NCBI RefSeq assembly: GCF_018977255.1
Contig: NW_024704743.1
Span: forward strand, 12,526,001 to 12,590,000
Reading direction: 5' to 3'
Source of the DNA: Callorhinchus milii
Taxonomy: Eukaryota
Length of the DNA stretch: 64,000 nucleotides
Below are positions 54,560 to 64,000 of the stretch, piece by piece (the stretch's first letter is position 1; every line of letters begins with the position of its first letter). The notes below the pieces were generated by a model. It had not been told where the DNA came from. It worked only from the letters and a program-made list of their open reading frames with translations, and did no database searches. A program made the translations under genes and the position numbers.

Positions 54560-55040
54560 ACAACAACAACCTACACTTAATAGTCCCCTCCATGCAGGGT
54601 AGAGTCTCAGAGTGCTTAACAGTGGCGGAGCCGGTGGTGGGGTAGGGGTTCAGGTGACCGTAAGCACGGTTGAAAACGAAGGTTTTCAGGCACGACTTAA
54701 AAAAGGGGAGGGGGCAAGGTGAGGGATTGAGGGAGTGTTCCACAGTTTTGGGGCGTAGTGACTGAAAGCGCGACCTCCAATACTTGTGTGGAGGATGCGA
54801 GAGACAAGTAGGAGGCCGGTGCCAGTCGAGTGGTTGGGAAATGAGAAGGTTGGAGAGGTAGGGGGTGTGAAGATTTTGAAGTTGATCAGTTCGGTGATGG
54901 GGAGCCAGGGGAGCAAGTGGAGCCTGGCCAGAACTGGTGAGATAGGGGTACAGAGTTTGGTCCAGGTAAGTATGTGGGCAGCAGAGTTCTGAATGAGCTG
55001 GATTTTTTGAATAGTGGAGCTGGGGACTGAGTAACCAGGC
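54560..55040 (-). mobile_element. Old L2 3' fragment
   Basis: IQLIQNSAAHILT..GGRAFSHYAPKLWN. Confidence 0.8.
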
Positions 55041-56369
55041 AAATGTTATGTTAAGTGTCCAGCACAAGAAGCGGAATGAGTAACTACAAACAATTTCAAA
55101 ATGGTTCTCCATAAGTTCTTGCCAACTGAAAGATGAAAGGTTATTAGATTGAAATACATTTTGTAGATACATCAAAAGAGTCGTGTAAGAAATTACATGT
55201 TCCTGTCTGAAACTATGAAGCGATATTGGAGCAAGCAACATACAGTTCAAAACTTGGGTGCATTAGATTTCTGAGGCCCAGCATGTCATCTAAATGGTTT
55301 TAGCCAACATGGTTTTAGTCATAAGACCATTTTGTTTCAAAATTTAAGATCTTGAAGTATTTTGGAAAATTCTTAATTTTGGAAGTCAGTTATCCAAAAT
55401 TCTTCGAAAGACTTGTGCAAGAGTAGCTTCCAAATTAAGACTGAATTATGAGTTTCCCTAAAATTCTGCACAGCCTTAAATTTTAAGAAAATGGTCTTAA
55501 GGCAAAGGAGTTTGAACCTCACGCTAAATAATTCATACAAACACTTTGTTTTGGTCAGCTGGGTGTCTGACACATGTGGAAGCCCATTACTATGCTTTCA
55601 CTTTACAGTATATTCTGTGAAGCGCTTTGAGACATCTCAAAGACACGATAAGGCGCTATATCAAATGCAAGGATTATTATTAAGAGAAATCAAACCAAAT
55701 AAGTTTCATGCATCCCACTTACACATGGAAAATACTGTGTATTGGAATGGAATGTGCACTCCTCCATGGAGTGAGTGCACATTCTATTCCAATACACAAA
55801 TCCAGAGAATATTAGGTGCAGGTTGGCAAAAACCAAGCTTGGGAACCCCAGAGTGTGCTGGAGACTAACCAGTTCAAATTTGCCATAGAAAGCACTATCT
55901 GGTAAGCTTTCCTGATGCTTGTTCAGCTAGGACCACCCTACCATAAGGACCTTGCCTTCCAGGGTTTACAAGAGCTGAGTGAGAAGAATGCGTGTCCAGA
56001 GCCACCCGCCCAGAGTAACATCAGATAAACAATGAAAGACCTACGACCTGGAAACTTTCTTTTTTAGTGGGTTTGTAGCAGAGGAGGATGTTTGTGGCAG
56101 ATTCTGTGGAAAAAGTGTAGCCGCATTTTTCTATTGACCCAGCTCATTAGTCACTCTTCCCTCACCCACCTCTGTGGGCCACTCGTAGTTCCAGTACCTG
56201 AGCCATTGCTTCCACTTTGTTTCCTCTAACAGTTCCTCCTCCCGCATCCACACGTCACCTGCAGTGTATCCTCAGCCCTCTGCTTTTCCTCATCTACATG
56301 CTCCGTTTGGCAACATCAACTGTAGACTTGGGGTTAACTTCCACATGTATGCAGATGACACCCAAATCT

Positions 56370-56820
56370 GTGGAGTCCTGTAGCTCAGTGGTTAGAGCAC
56401 TCGCCTCACAAGCGAGAGACCTGAATTCGATTCCTGCCAGGGCGAAACCCTGGGCAAGTTTCCTTATAATAATAATAATAATCCTTGCATTTGATATAGC
56501 GCTTTTCACGTCGGGAGGACGTCCCAAAGCGCTTCACAGAACACACTGTAAAGTGAATTGACTGTATATTTGTGGGCGAACGCGGCAGCCAATTGCGCAC
56601 AGCAATGTCCCACAAACAGTCATGGATTGAAAATGACCAATTTTATTATTGTTTTGGAGGGATTATTATTAGGCGTGTAGAGTAAGGAAACTTGCCCAAG
56701 GTTTCGTCCTCTGCCTGGAATTGAACTCAGGTCTCTCGCTTGCAAAGCGAGTGCTCTAACCACTGAGCTACAGGACTCCTTACTCCACATACCGGATAAT
56801 AATCCCTCAAGAAAAACAAT
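56370..56820. mobile_element. SINE inserted antisense into another SINE of the same family
   Basis: Plus head 56370-56466, full minus copy 56467-56778, plus body resumes; TSD TCCTTA. Confidence 0.88.
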
Positions 56821-56967
56821 TGCTCTACTTTTCCTTCTACTATTGATTCCAGGTCCTCTAATGTTCTGTACTCTTGCCTGTCAGTCATCAAGGCCTGGAG
56901 GAGCCAAAATTTCCTCCAACTGAACATGGATAAGTTAGTGGTTAGTGATTGGTTACACCTTCAGGAT

Positions 56968-57904
56968 TAAATGAACATTAGACTTTAAACTAAATAGATC
57001 ACATACAGTCCCGTAGTTGGTCACATACTAATCCCGAATACAGCTCGATAAATCATAAGTTTGAATCACATAATAGCAAAGGTTTTCAGCGAAAGAGGGC
57101 GCGTTTATGCATGGATGCGTGGAAGTGCAAAACTATACTACCGGTAACTGGCAGTCAATCACCCTGTTCAGGGAGAAGCAGCGTGCTGGCTGGGAAAGGA
57201 GGCTGGGTCAGCGGTCACATCCAACTGGTGTCTGGAGTCTGTGACAAGGCTTTCTTTTCTCTCTCTCTCTCTGCTACCCTGTCTCCCTCTGGAGTGGCTG
57301 TGCTATTCTGCCTCAGTCAATCTTTCCCCTGAAGTCCGCAGTCCAGAGTTCTCCAGTGATCAGCGTGACCGACTGGAAGAGCTGCCAGTTTGCTGGTCTC
57401 TGAGTTTTAACTCGGAGTCCGTGTGGTTCTCCCTCCTTCAGCCCTCCTGCTCGTCCTCTGAGGAGTCGTTCTCAATCTTGAGTTTCTGTGGAGGTCAACC
57501 CTTTGCAAGAGTGACCGGAGTTCCTCCTCTGTTCTCTCTCTGGTCTGAGAAAACTTCACTCAGTTTCTGAAAGTACTAACTCTTACACTCACATCACCTT
57601 TTGACCGTTACCTTCCTTCAGATCTGCTCATCTTAACCTGCTCATGGTGTTCATTGTATCGGTGCCCCTCACGCATTCCTTTGCCCCCCATGATCTTCTC
57701 ATGGCTCCTAATCTCCTCATCCCAGGCTCCCTGTCCTGGCCTTGAAACCGTTTTCTGACATGGTTCTTTGTTCTAGAAAATATAACTTCGTCTAACTTCT
57801 TTGATAGCTCTAAACCAGTTTGTACCAGCCTGCTGACCGCGAGGTTCAATTTACTGCTGACTTCAGGGGTTTCATAGGTCATTCAATTGCCCATTTTCCT
57901 TATT
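56968..57904 (-). mobile_element. Possible 3' LTR and degenerate polypurine tract of the gag element
   Basis: Minus strand reads aataaggaaaatggg-caat-TGAATGACC at 57904-57877; imperfect inverted end gttcattta at 56976-56968; no partner LTR in the window. Confidence 0.3.
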
Positions 57905-58049
57905 AAACAACAGCGAGTACATTACCCATAATGATATGAGTCATGATCATACACAACATAATCATCCATAACTGACCATTATTTACATCTATGTGTGAAT
58001 AGGGCAGCGGAGGAGGAGAAGAGGACCGGGCTTGGGAAAGATCAGATTA

Positions 58050-59760
58050 GATCAGATCGCGGTTTGGTTGGCTGGGTGAAGGGCTTGGTGGCAATCCATT
58101 TCCCCTGGGGGCAGCCTCGAGCCTAGTGACCGTCCTGGCCACATACAGAGCAGAACCAGCGTATCCCCGGGGGACTGCTTGTCGCTGGCCCTGGTCCCTG
58201 CATAGCTGAACCGGCGGTTGCTCGCGACAAGGTGTGGAGACCTCAAGAGTTTAGTCTGGGGCACGCTCCCTCTACGAAGCACATCTCCTTCCCAGCCTCT
58301 GTGTTTGTATGCCCCATCCGACACATATCTCACTCCTGGGTCATTTTTGAGATGATCTCTCTCCACTCCACTCAGAGTGGCCTGATTGGACCTTAGGGTG
58401 CAGTTTAGCCAGATACTTCTAGTTATATTTTGGAAGGGAATGTGGGTCTGTCTCATCATCGTCTGGGGTGTAAGCTTGTGACAGATCAAATAGCTCGACA
58501 AGTCTTTTATCGAATACCAAGGGGTGTTCTCTAAGATCCTGGTTTGCCTTGTTCTCGCTCTACATCCACTGAGTTGATACCCAGCGCCACCTCGACTGCT
58601 TCCCTCAATGTTAAAAATGAAACTCCGGATAGAAACATTTCCTCGGGAAGTTGTCTGTGCAGCCCTGGCTCTATTGCTCCTAGTAAAATGCGCTTCAAAT
58701 CCTTGTTTTCTAATTCAGGATGGTGCTGCACAAAGGAATCCATGTCCTGGTGAAAGGCTAATGGGTGCTTCCCTGCGGGAATCTGGTCTAACAACGTTAT
58801 TACGGTAATTACTTCTACTTGCGGACACTCAATTTTATGGGTTTCTTTAACTGCCGCGTGCAGTACTACTGGTTCAGGCTTTTTGGTTATTACCGAGGTG
58901 GCGGCCCCCGTTGCCAGTATCTCTTCTATAGCCTCTACAAACGTGTGCTGGTGACCCAGTGCGGTTTGCAGCTCTGCTGTCTGTCTGTCTGAGGCATTCG
59001 CTGTGGTCATCCCCCCCATGTTTTGCTTATTTCTCTGTACCTCGTCCCGCAGAGCGCATCTCGCATCACTTACATTTAATAATAATAATAATCCTTGCAT
59101 TTGATATAGCGCTTTTCACGTCGGGAGGACGTCCCAAAGCGCTTCACTGTAAAGTGAATTGACTGTATATTTGTGGGCAAACGCGGCAGCCAATTGCGCA
59201 CAGCAATGTCCCACAAACAGTCGTAGATTGAAAATGACCAATTTATTATTGTTTTTGTTTTGGAGCGATTATTATTAGGCTCTGTGTGGAGTAAGGAAAC
59301 TTGCCCAAGGTTTCGCCCTCTGCCTGGAATTGGACTCAGGTCTCTCACTTGCAAACCGAGTGCTGTAACCACTGAGCTACAGGACTCCACATTCCAGCTT
59401 TACACAGGTCGTCACATTTTTGCCCTTTGCCGGCGGTCTCCTGTCTCTGTTGAGTGGCCCTCTGCACTGAGCGCTGTTGAGTGCCCATCATCCATCAATT
59501 TGTGTACTTGGAGGCGCAGCTGAACGACCTTCTCTTTCCCCTCCGCCGGACATGTCTCGGGATCAGCTGTTTAACGTGGAACTCACACACGGTACCATCT
59601 CCCGGTATCTCTTCTCTGCCTCGTCTCGCACTGACTGACACCTTTGCTCAGCTGTTTCCTGCCGGGACTGGCACTTGGCCCTCAGACTCTCCTGGTCTGC
59701 TTCTGGATGAGCTGTAGCTGCTCTTTATTTTTCTGTACGTTTGCGTCATTTGTTTTCATG
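58050..59760 (-). mobile_element. Decayed gag-like gene of an LTR retroelement/ERV (coiled coil, capsid-like region, CCHC zinc knuckle), interrupted by a SINE
   Basis: Minus-strand frames give QDLREHPLVFDKRL (MHR-like), YLAKLHPKVQ, and C-SV-C-GQDG-H-*ARG-C at 58111-58152; several stops and frameshifts. Confidence 0.7.
59077..59390 (-). mobile_element. Full-length young SINE inserted into the gag-like element
   Basis: Flanking direct repeat ACATT at 59072-59076 and 59389-59393. Confidence 0.9.
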
Positions 59761-59916
59761 GTGAACTATATATAGCGTATCGCAGGACCGTCCATTGCTA
59801 ATCACTCGGTAATGCTGCATCAAAGGGTACGGATGGGCTTTATTTTCACAGCAATTTCACACGTTTTAATAACTGAAACTGCCCGTCCGTTCGGATACTT
59901 CACTTTAAACACGTGA

Positions 59917-61066
59917 ACGGGGGGGTCCCGGAGAGAGGCCCGGGGGGGGTCCCGGAGAGAGGCCCCGGGGGGGGGGGTCCCGGAGAGAGGCCCCGGGGGG
60001 GGGGTCCCGGAGAGAGGCCCGGGGGGGGGGGTCCCGGAGAGAGGCCCCGGGGGGGGGGTCCCGGAGAGAGGCCCCGGGGGGGGGGGTCCCGGAGAGAGGC
60101 CCCGGGGGGGGGTCCCGGAGAGAGGCCCGGGGGGGGGTCCCGGAGAGAGGCCCCGGGGGGGGTCCCGGAGAGAGGCCCCGGGGGGGGGGTCCCGGAGAGA
60201 GGCCCCGGGGGGGGGTCCCGGAGAGAGGCCCCGGGGGGGGTCCCGGAGAGAGGCCCCGGGGGGGGGGGTCCCGGAGAGAGGCCCGGGGGGAGGGGGGTCC
60301 CGGAGAGAGGCCCCGGGGGGGGGGTCCCGGAGAGAGGCCCCGGGGGGGGGGGGTCCCGGAGAGAGGCCCCGGGGGGGGGGGTCCCGGAGAGAGGCCCCGG
60401 GGGGGGGTCCCGGAGAGAGGCCCGGGGGGGGGTCCCGGAGAGAGGCCCGGGGGGGGGGGTCCGGAGAGAGGCCCGGGGGGGGGGGCCCCGGAGAGAGGCC
60501 CGGGGGGGGGGGTCCCGGAGAGAGGCCCCGGGGGGGGGTCCCGGAGAGAGGCCCCGGGGGGGGGGGTCCCGGAGAGAGGCCCCGGGGGGGTCCCGGAGAG
60601 AGGCCCCAGGGGGGGGGGGTCCCGGAGAGAGGCCCCGGGGGGTCCCGGAGAGAGGCCCCGGGGGGGGTCCCGGAGAGAGGCCCCGGGGGGAGGGGTCCCG
60701 GAGAGAGGCCCCGGGGGGGGGGGGGGGGGTCCCGGAGAGAGGCCCCGGGGGGGGGTCCCGGAGAGAGGCCCCGGGGGGGGGGGGGGGTCCCGGAGAGAGG
60801 CCACGGGGGGGGGTCCCGGAGAGAGGCCCCGGGGGGGGGTCCCGGAGAGAGGCCCCGGGGGGGGGGTCCCGGAGAGAGGCCCCGGGGGGGGGTCCCGGAC
60901 AGAGGCCCGGGGGGGGGTCCCGGAGAGAGGCCACGGGGGGGGGTCCGGACAGAGAGGCCCCGGGGGGGGGTCCCGGAGAGAGGCCCCGGGGGGGGGGTCC
61001 GGAGAGAGAGGCCCCGGGGGGGGTCCCGGAGAGAGGCCCCGGGGGGTCCCGGAGAGAGAGGCCCGG
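59917..61066. repeat. G-rich minisatellite, unit G(n)TCCCGGAGAGAGGCCC(C), about 43 copies, followed by a degenerate GA-rich tract to about 61340
   Basis: Direct reading; constant core with variable G-run length. Confidence 0.97.
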
Positions 61067-61319
61067 GGGGCCCGGGGAGGAGGAGGAGGGAGGGCCCGGG
61101 GGGGGGGGAGGTACGGAGGGGAGAGAGAGAGGAGGGCCCGGGGAGGAGGGAGGGAGAGGGAGGAGGGAGGGGGCCCGGGGAGGGAGGGGGAGGGCCCGGG
61201 GAGCGGGAGGGGGGGAGGGGGAGGGCCCGGGGAGGGAGGGAGGCAGGGAGGGCCCGGGGAGGAGGAAGGGGGGCGGGGAGGGCCCGGGGAGCGGGAGGGG
61301 GAGCGGGAGGGGGAGGGCC

Positions 61320-61540
61320 CGGGGAGGGAGGGCCCGGGCTGCCCTGCAGACGCGGCGCGGGCACTGGCTTTGTTAGAGGAGGGGCGGACGGCAGTGACTG
61401 ACTGACTGACCGTGAACCTGGGCCCTGGTGAGCGCCGCTCGGGTTATTATTATTTAAGGTGATCATTGGGGCCTGAAATGTTGGTGAAGACAATTCCCTC
61501 CTGAAAGCCCCCCCGCAGCCCCGAGCTGTGAGTCCGGGGC
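61320..61540 (+). promoter_or_regulatory. GC/CpG-rich putative TBC1D7 promoter and non-coding first exon
   Basis: CpG cluster (gacgcggcgcggg), GC box GGGGCGG at 61381, candidate donor ctg|gtgagc after 61427; 2.3 kb upstream of the ATG exon. Confidence 0.5.
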
Positions 61541-61668
61541 AGGAGACAGGTTTGTTACAAACAGATCTTTCTTATGCAGCTTTTCGCGGTGGCAAAACTT
61601 TTTTAGTCTCTCTTCGCTTCAGGTGGAGCGCTAATTTTTATAATCTCTCGTGGATTGTGTGTCAGCGG

Positions 61669-62193
61669 TAACAACAACAACAAGATTGCATTTATAGAGC
61701 GCCTTTCACGTCAGGAGGACGTCCCAAAGCGCTGCACAGTTGGGTCAGGACCCGAGCATTGGGGGAAATGGTCAGGATGAGGGAGGGAAGGGAGGGAGCG
61801 AGGAGGGGGGAAATGGTCAGGGGAGGGAGGGAAGGGAGGGAGCGAGGAGGGGGAAATGGTTAGGGTGAGGGGAGGGAAGGGAGGGAGCGAGGAGGAGGAA
61901 GAGAGTCGAGAGGGGAGCTGAAGGCTCGGTCACAGAGAAAGGTCTTGAGACCGGCCTTGAAGGAGGAAAGGGAGGAGGCGGCGAAGGCACTGGGGGATAG
62001 AGTTCCAGAGCCTCGGGGCTGAGAGGCTGAAGGCCCGGCCACTGATGGTGGGGCGGTTGGGGCGGGGGATGTGGAGCAGACCGGAGCCGGAGGAACGGAG
62101 GGTACGGGCAGGTAGGTAGGGGGACAGTAGGTCGGAGAGGTAGGGGGGAGCGAGGCCGTGAATGGCCTTGTAGGTGAGGATGAGGATCTTGAA
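61669..62193 (-). mobile_element. Young L2 3' fragment with an expanded 3' UTR repeat
   Basis: Same subfamily as 6705-7139 and 12235-12711. Confidence 0.92.
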
Positions 62194-63714
62194 CATTATC
62201 ACTGAGCGCTCTGAGACACTCACCATATGAAGGGTGGTGTTGTAGTTGTTGAAATGGCAGCAGTATGGTGGAGTCCTGTTGGTTAGAGCACTCGCCTTAC
62301 AAGCCAAGCCGGAGGACTGGGGTTCAAATCCGGGGAGGGGGAAACATTAGGCAAGGAAGCCACCTGCCTGCTTACCCAGCAGTAAATAGGAACCCAATTG
62401 TTAATCGATTGGTGATGATCCTTTTTTTAAAAAAATGTGATCACTCAATCCGTGACTGTTTGTGCTACATTACACAAAATGCACAGTCAATTCACTTTAT
62501 AGTATAATCTGTGAAGCGCTTTGAAACATCTTGAAGAGGGTGCAGAAAAGATTTACTATGATACTCTCTGAAAATGAGTGTTTTTTGTACTGGAATAGAG
62601 AAAGTGATAAGGCGCTATATCAAATGCAAGGTTTGTTATTATGTATGACTTCAATTAGATTGACTTGCTCTGCCTAACGTTTATAAATTGTTTGTTAAAC
62701 CACAGTTGGGAGTAATGTGTCCAGTTTTGGTGACCCGACTTCAGTGACAATGTCACAGGCTGTAGAAAAGGTGCAGAAGAGATTTAATAGGAATATACTC
62801 TCTGGGGATGAGCTTTTTGTCCTGGAACAGAGGAAGTTAAGGGGATCATATGAAGGGTTTTGATAGTCCATAGTGAGAAATGATTTGTATTGGTCGGTGA
62901 GTCAGGAAGTATATCAGAACATAAGAAATGCTAGAGGAAAAAAGAACAAGTTCCATCTAGTTCGCTTTCCACCTGCCCGGCGGTCGCATGCACATTTGTC
63001 CCAAAACTACCTATAATGTCCCATAATGTTATTTCCTAAAAGAAAATGATCTAATCTGTGTTTGAAGGAATCTACGCTTTCTGCTTCAACATGATAAGCA
63101 AAATGGCCTTGATCTGTGTTGTAAATTTCTATGGTTCTGCCTTTTCCATTTATAACACTTCTGCAGGGTGCCCTCTGGATCTCTTGCAAGCAGCCACATT
63201 ATTCATATTTGAGCCTTGACAGTCACTTTTGGCAGAATATTCAAGAAAGCAGATATTACATCCACTCCAATCCTGTCCACACCTGACATCTATACATGCG
63301 ACCAGTCACTAGATGACAATAGAGTATCTGGATGGTTTCCCAATCTAACCCAGACTGCTGATGCCAACAGAAGTGACCTAACTGCTCCCTCGTATGAAAA
63401 CCTTACTGCAATACGTAGCAGATTATGTTGGCAGATTTCTGGCTTTGAGTGGGATTTTAAGAAATTTGTGGGTTCCAAAATAGTTATGTAAAATATTTAT
63501 TCCAATTGGTAGGAATTGTATTTGGTGCTTTTCCTTCTCTCTAAGTGTGCACAATTGCCATTTTATATCCCTTACTAAAATATCCTCCTAATTACTGTTC
63601 TGCAGAGCATCAATTGGATTGCTAACCCACTGTGGTGGTGCATTTGGAATTTAAGAAGCCCTGGGCATTTAAGAGCTAAGAAGCACTACACCACAATTTA
63701 TTTCTCATTGGAAA

Positions 63715-63826
63715 ATGGCAGAAGACCCACAGAGAAACTTCCGTTCCCACTATTATGAAAAGGTTGGGTTTCGTGGCGTTGAAGAGAAGAAATCCCTGGA
63801 GATTCTGCTGAAGGACGATCCATTGG
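63715..63826 (+). CDS. TBC1D7: TBC1D7 first coding exon ([37 protein letters not shown]); gene continues beyond the window
   Basis: aaaATGG Kozak context; N-terminus matches TBC1D7 ([27 protein letters not shown]); 112 nt then |gtaaat donor; likely acceptor ttctgcag| at 63605. Confidence 0.93.
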
Positions 63827-64000
63827 GTAAATCAATGTTACATGTTTCAGTGTATCTGAGATAAATTGGTGTTAAAGTAGAAGTTTATATGATACAGTAA
63901 GTGAAATCCTCTGCTGTGCAATTTAGTATTGTGGATGAGTTGGAATGAGATATGGTATTTTGTATGAAATTTGGACATGGGAAATTTGTAATCTTTTTTA

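Noticed and set aside
5042..55868. Recurrent short ORFs with [15 protein letters not shown] or ALYQMQGLLL peptides suggesting a gene family
   Set aside because: Chance translations of the same SINE 3' region.
59767..59774. TATATATA as the promoter of the gag-like ORF
   Set aside because: Only about 7 nt from the candidate ATG, too close for a functional TATA box.
59917..61066. CRISPR-like array of constant repeats
   Set aside because: Intervening sequences are just G runs, not unique spacers; eukaryotic context with no cas genes.
59820..61493. Long Pro/Gly-rich ORFs (557, 487, 344, 299 aa)
   Set aside because: Open on both strands only because the GC minisatellite lacks stop codons; no domain signal.

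Overview
Vertebrate genomic DNA; the repeat content (CR1, L2, Deu-domain SINEs) suggests a cartilaginous fish, but the species cannot be determined from sequence alone. Three spliced protein-coding genes lie on the + strand: (1) RHEB coding exons 2-8 (160-26297, ending in CAAX motif CSVM; exon 1 is upstream of the window); (2) a complete four-exon gamma-N crystallin gene, CRYGN (38687-47171, 183 aa); (3) the first coding exon of TBC1D7 (63715-63826), downstream of a G-rich CpG minisatellite and a GC-rich putative promoter. Most of the remaining sequence is CR1 and L2 LINE fragments and two DeuSINE-type SINE families, often nested. Most interesting observations: a decayed gag-only retroelement (coiled coil, MHR-like motif, CCHC knuckle, no pol) head-to-head with TBC1D7; a copy of CRYGN exon 2 fused to the 5' end of a CR1 inside CRYGN intron 3; three young L2 copies truncated at the same hairpin; and close linkage of RHEB with TBC1D7, a subunit of its GAP complex. 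Most long ORFs in the supplied track are repeat artefacts. Repeat boundaries are approximate.
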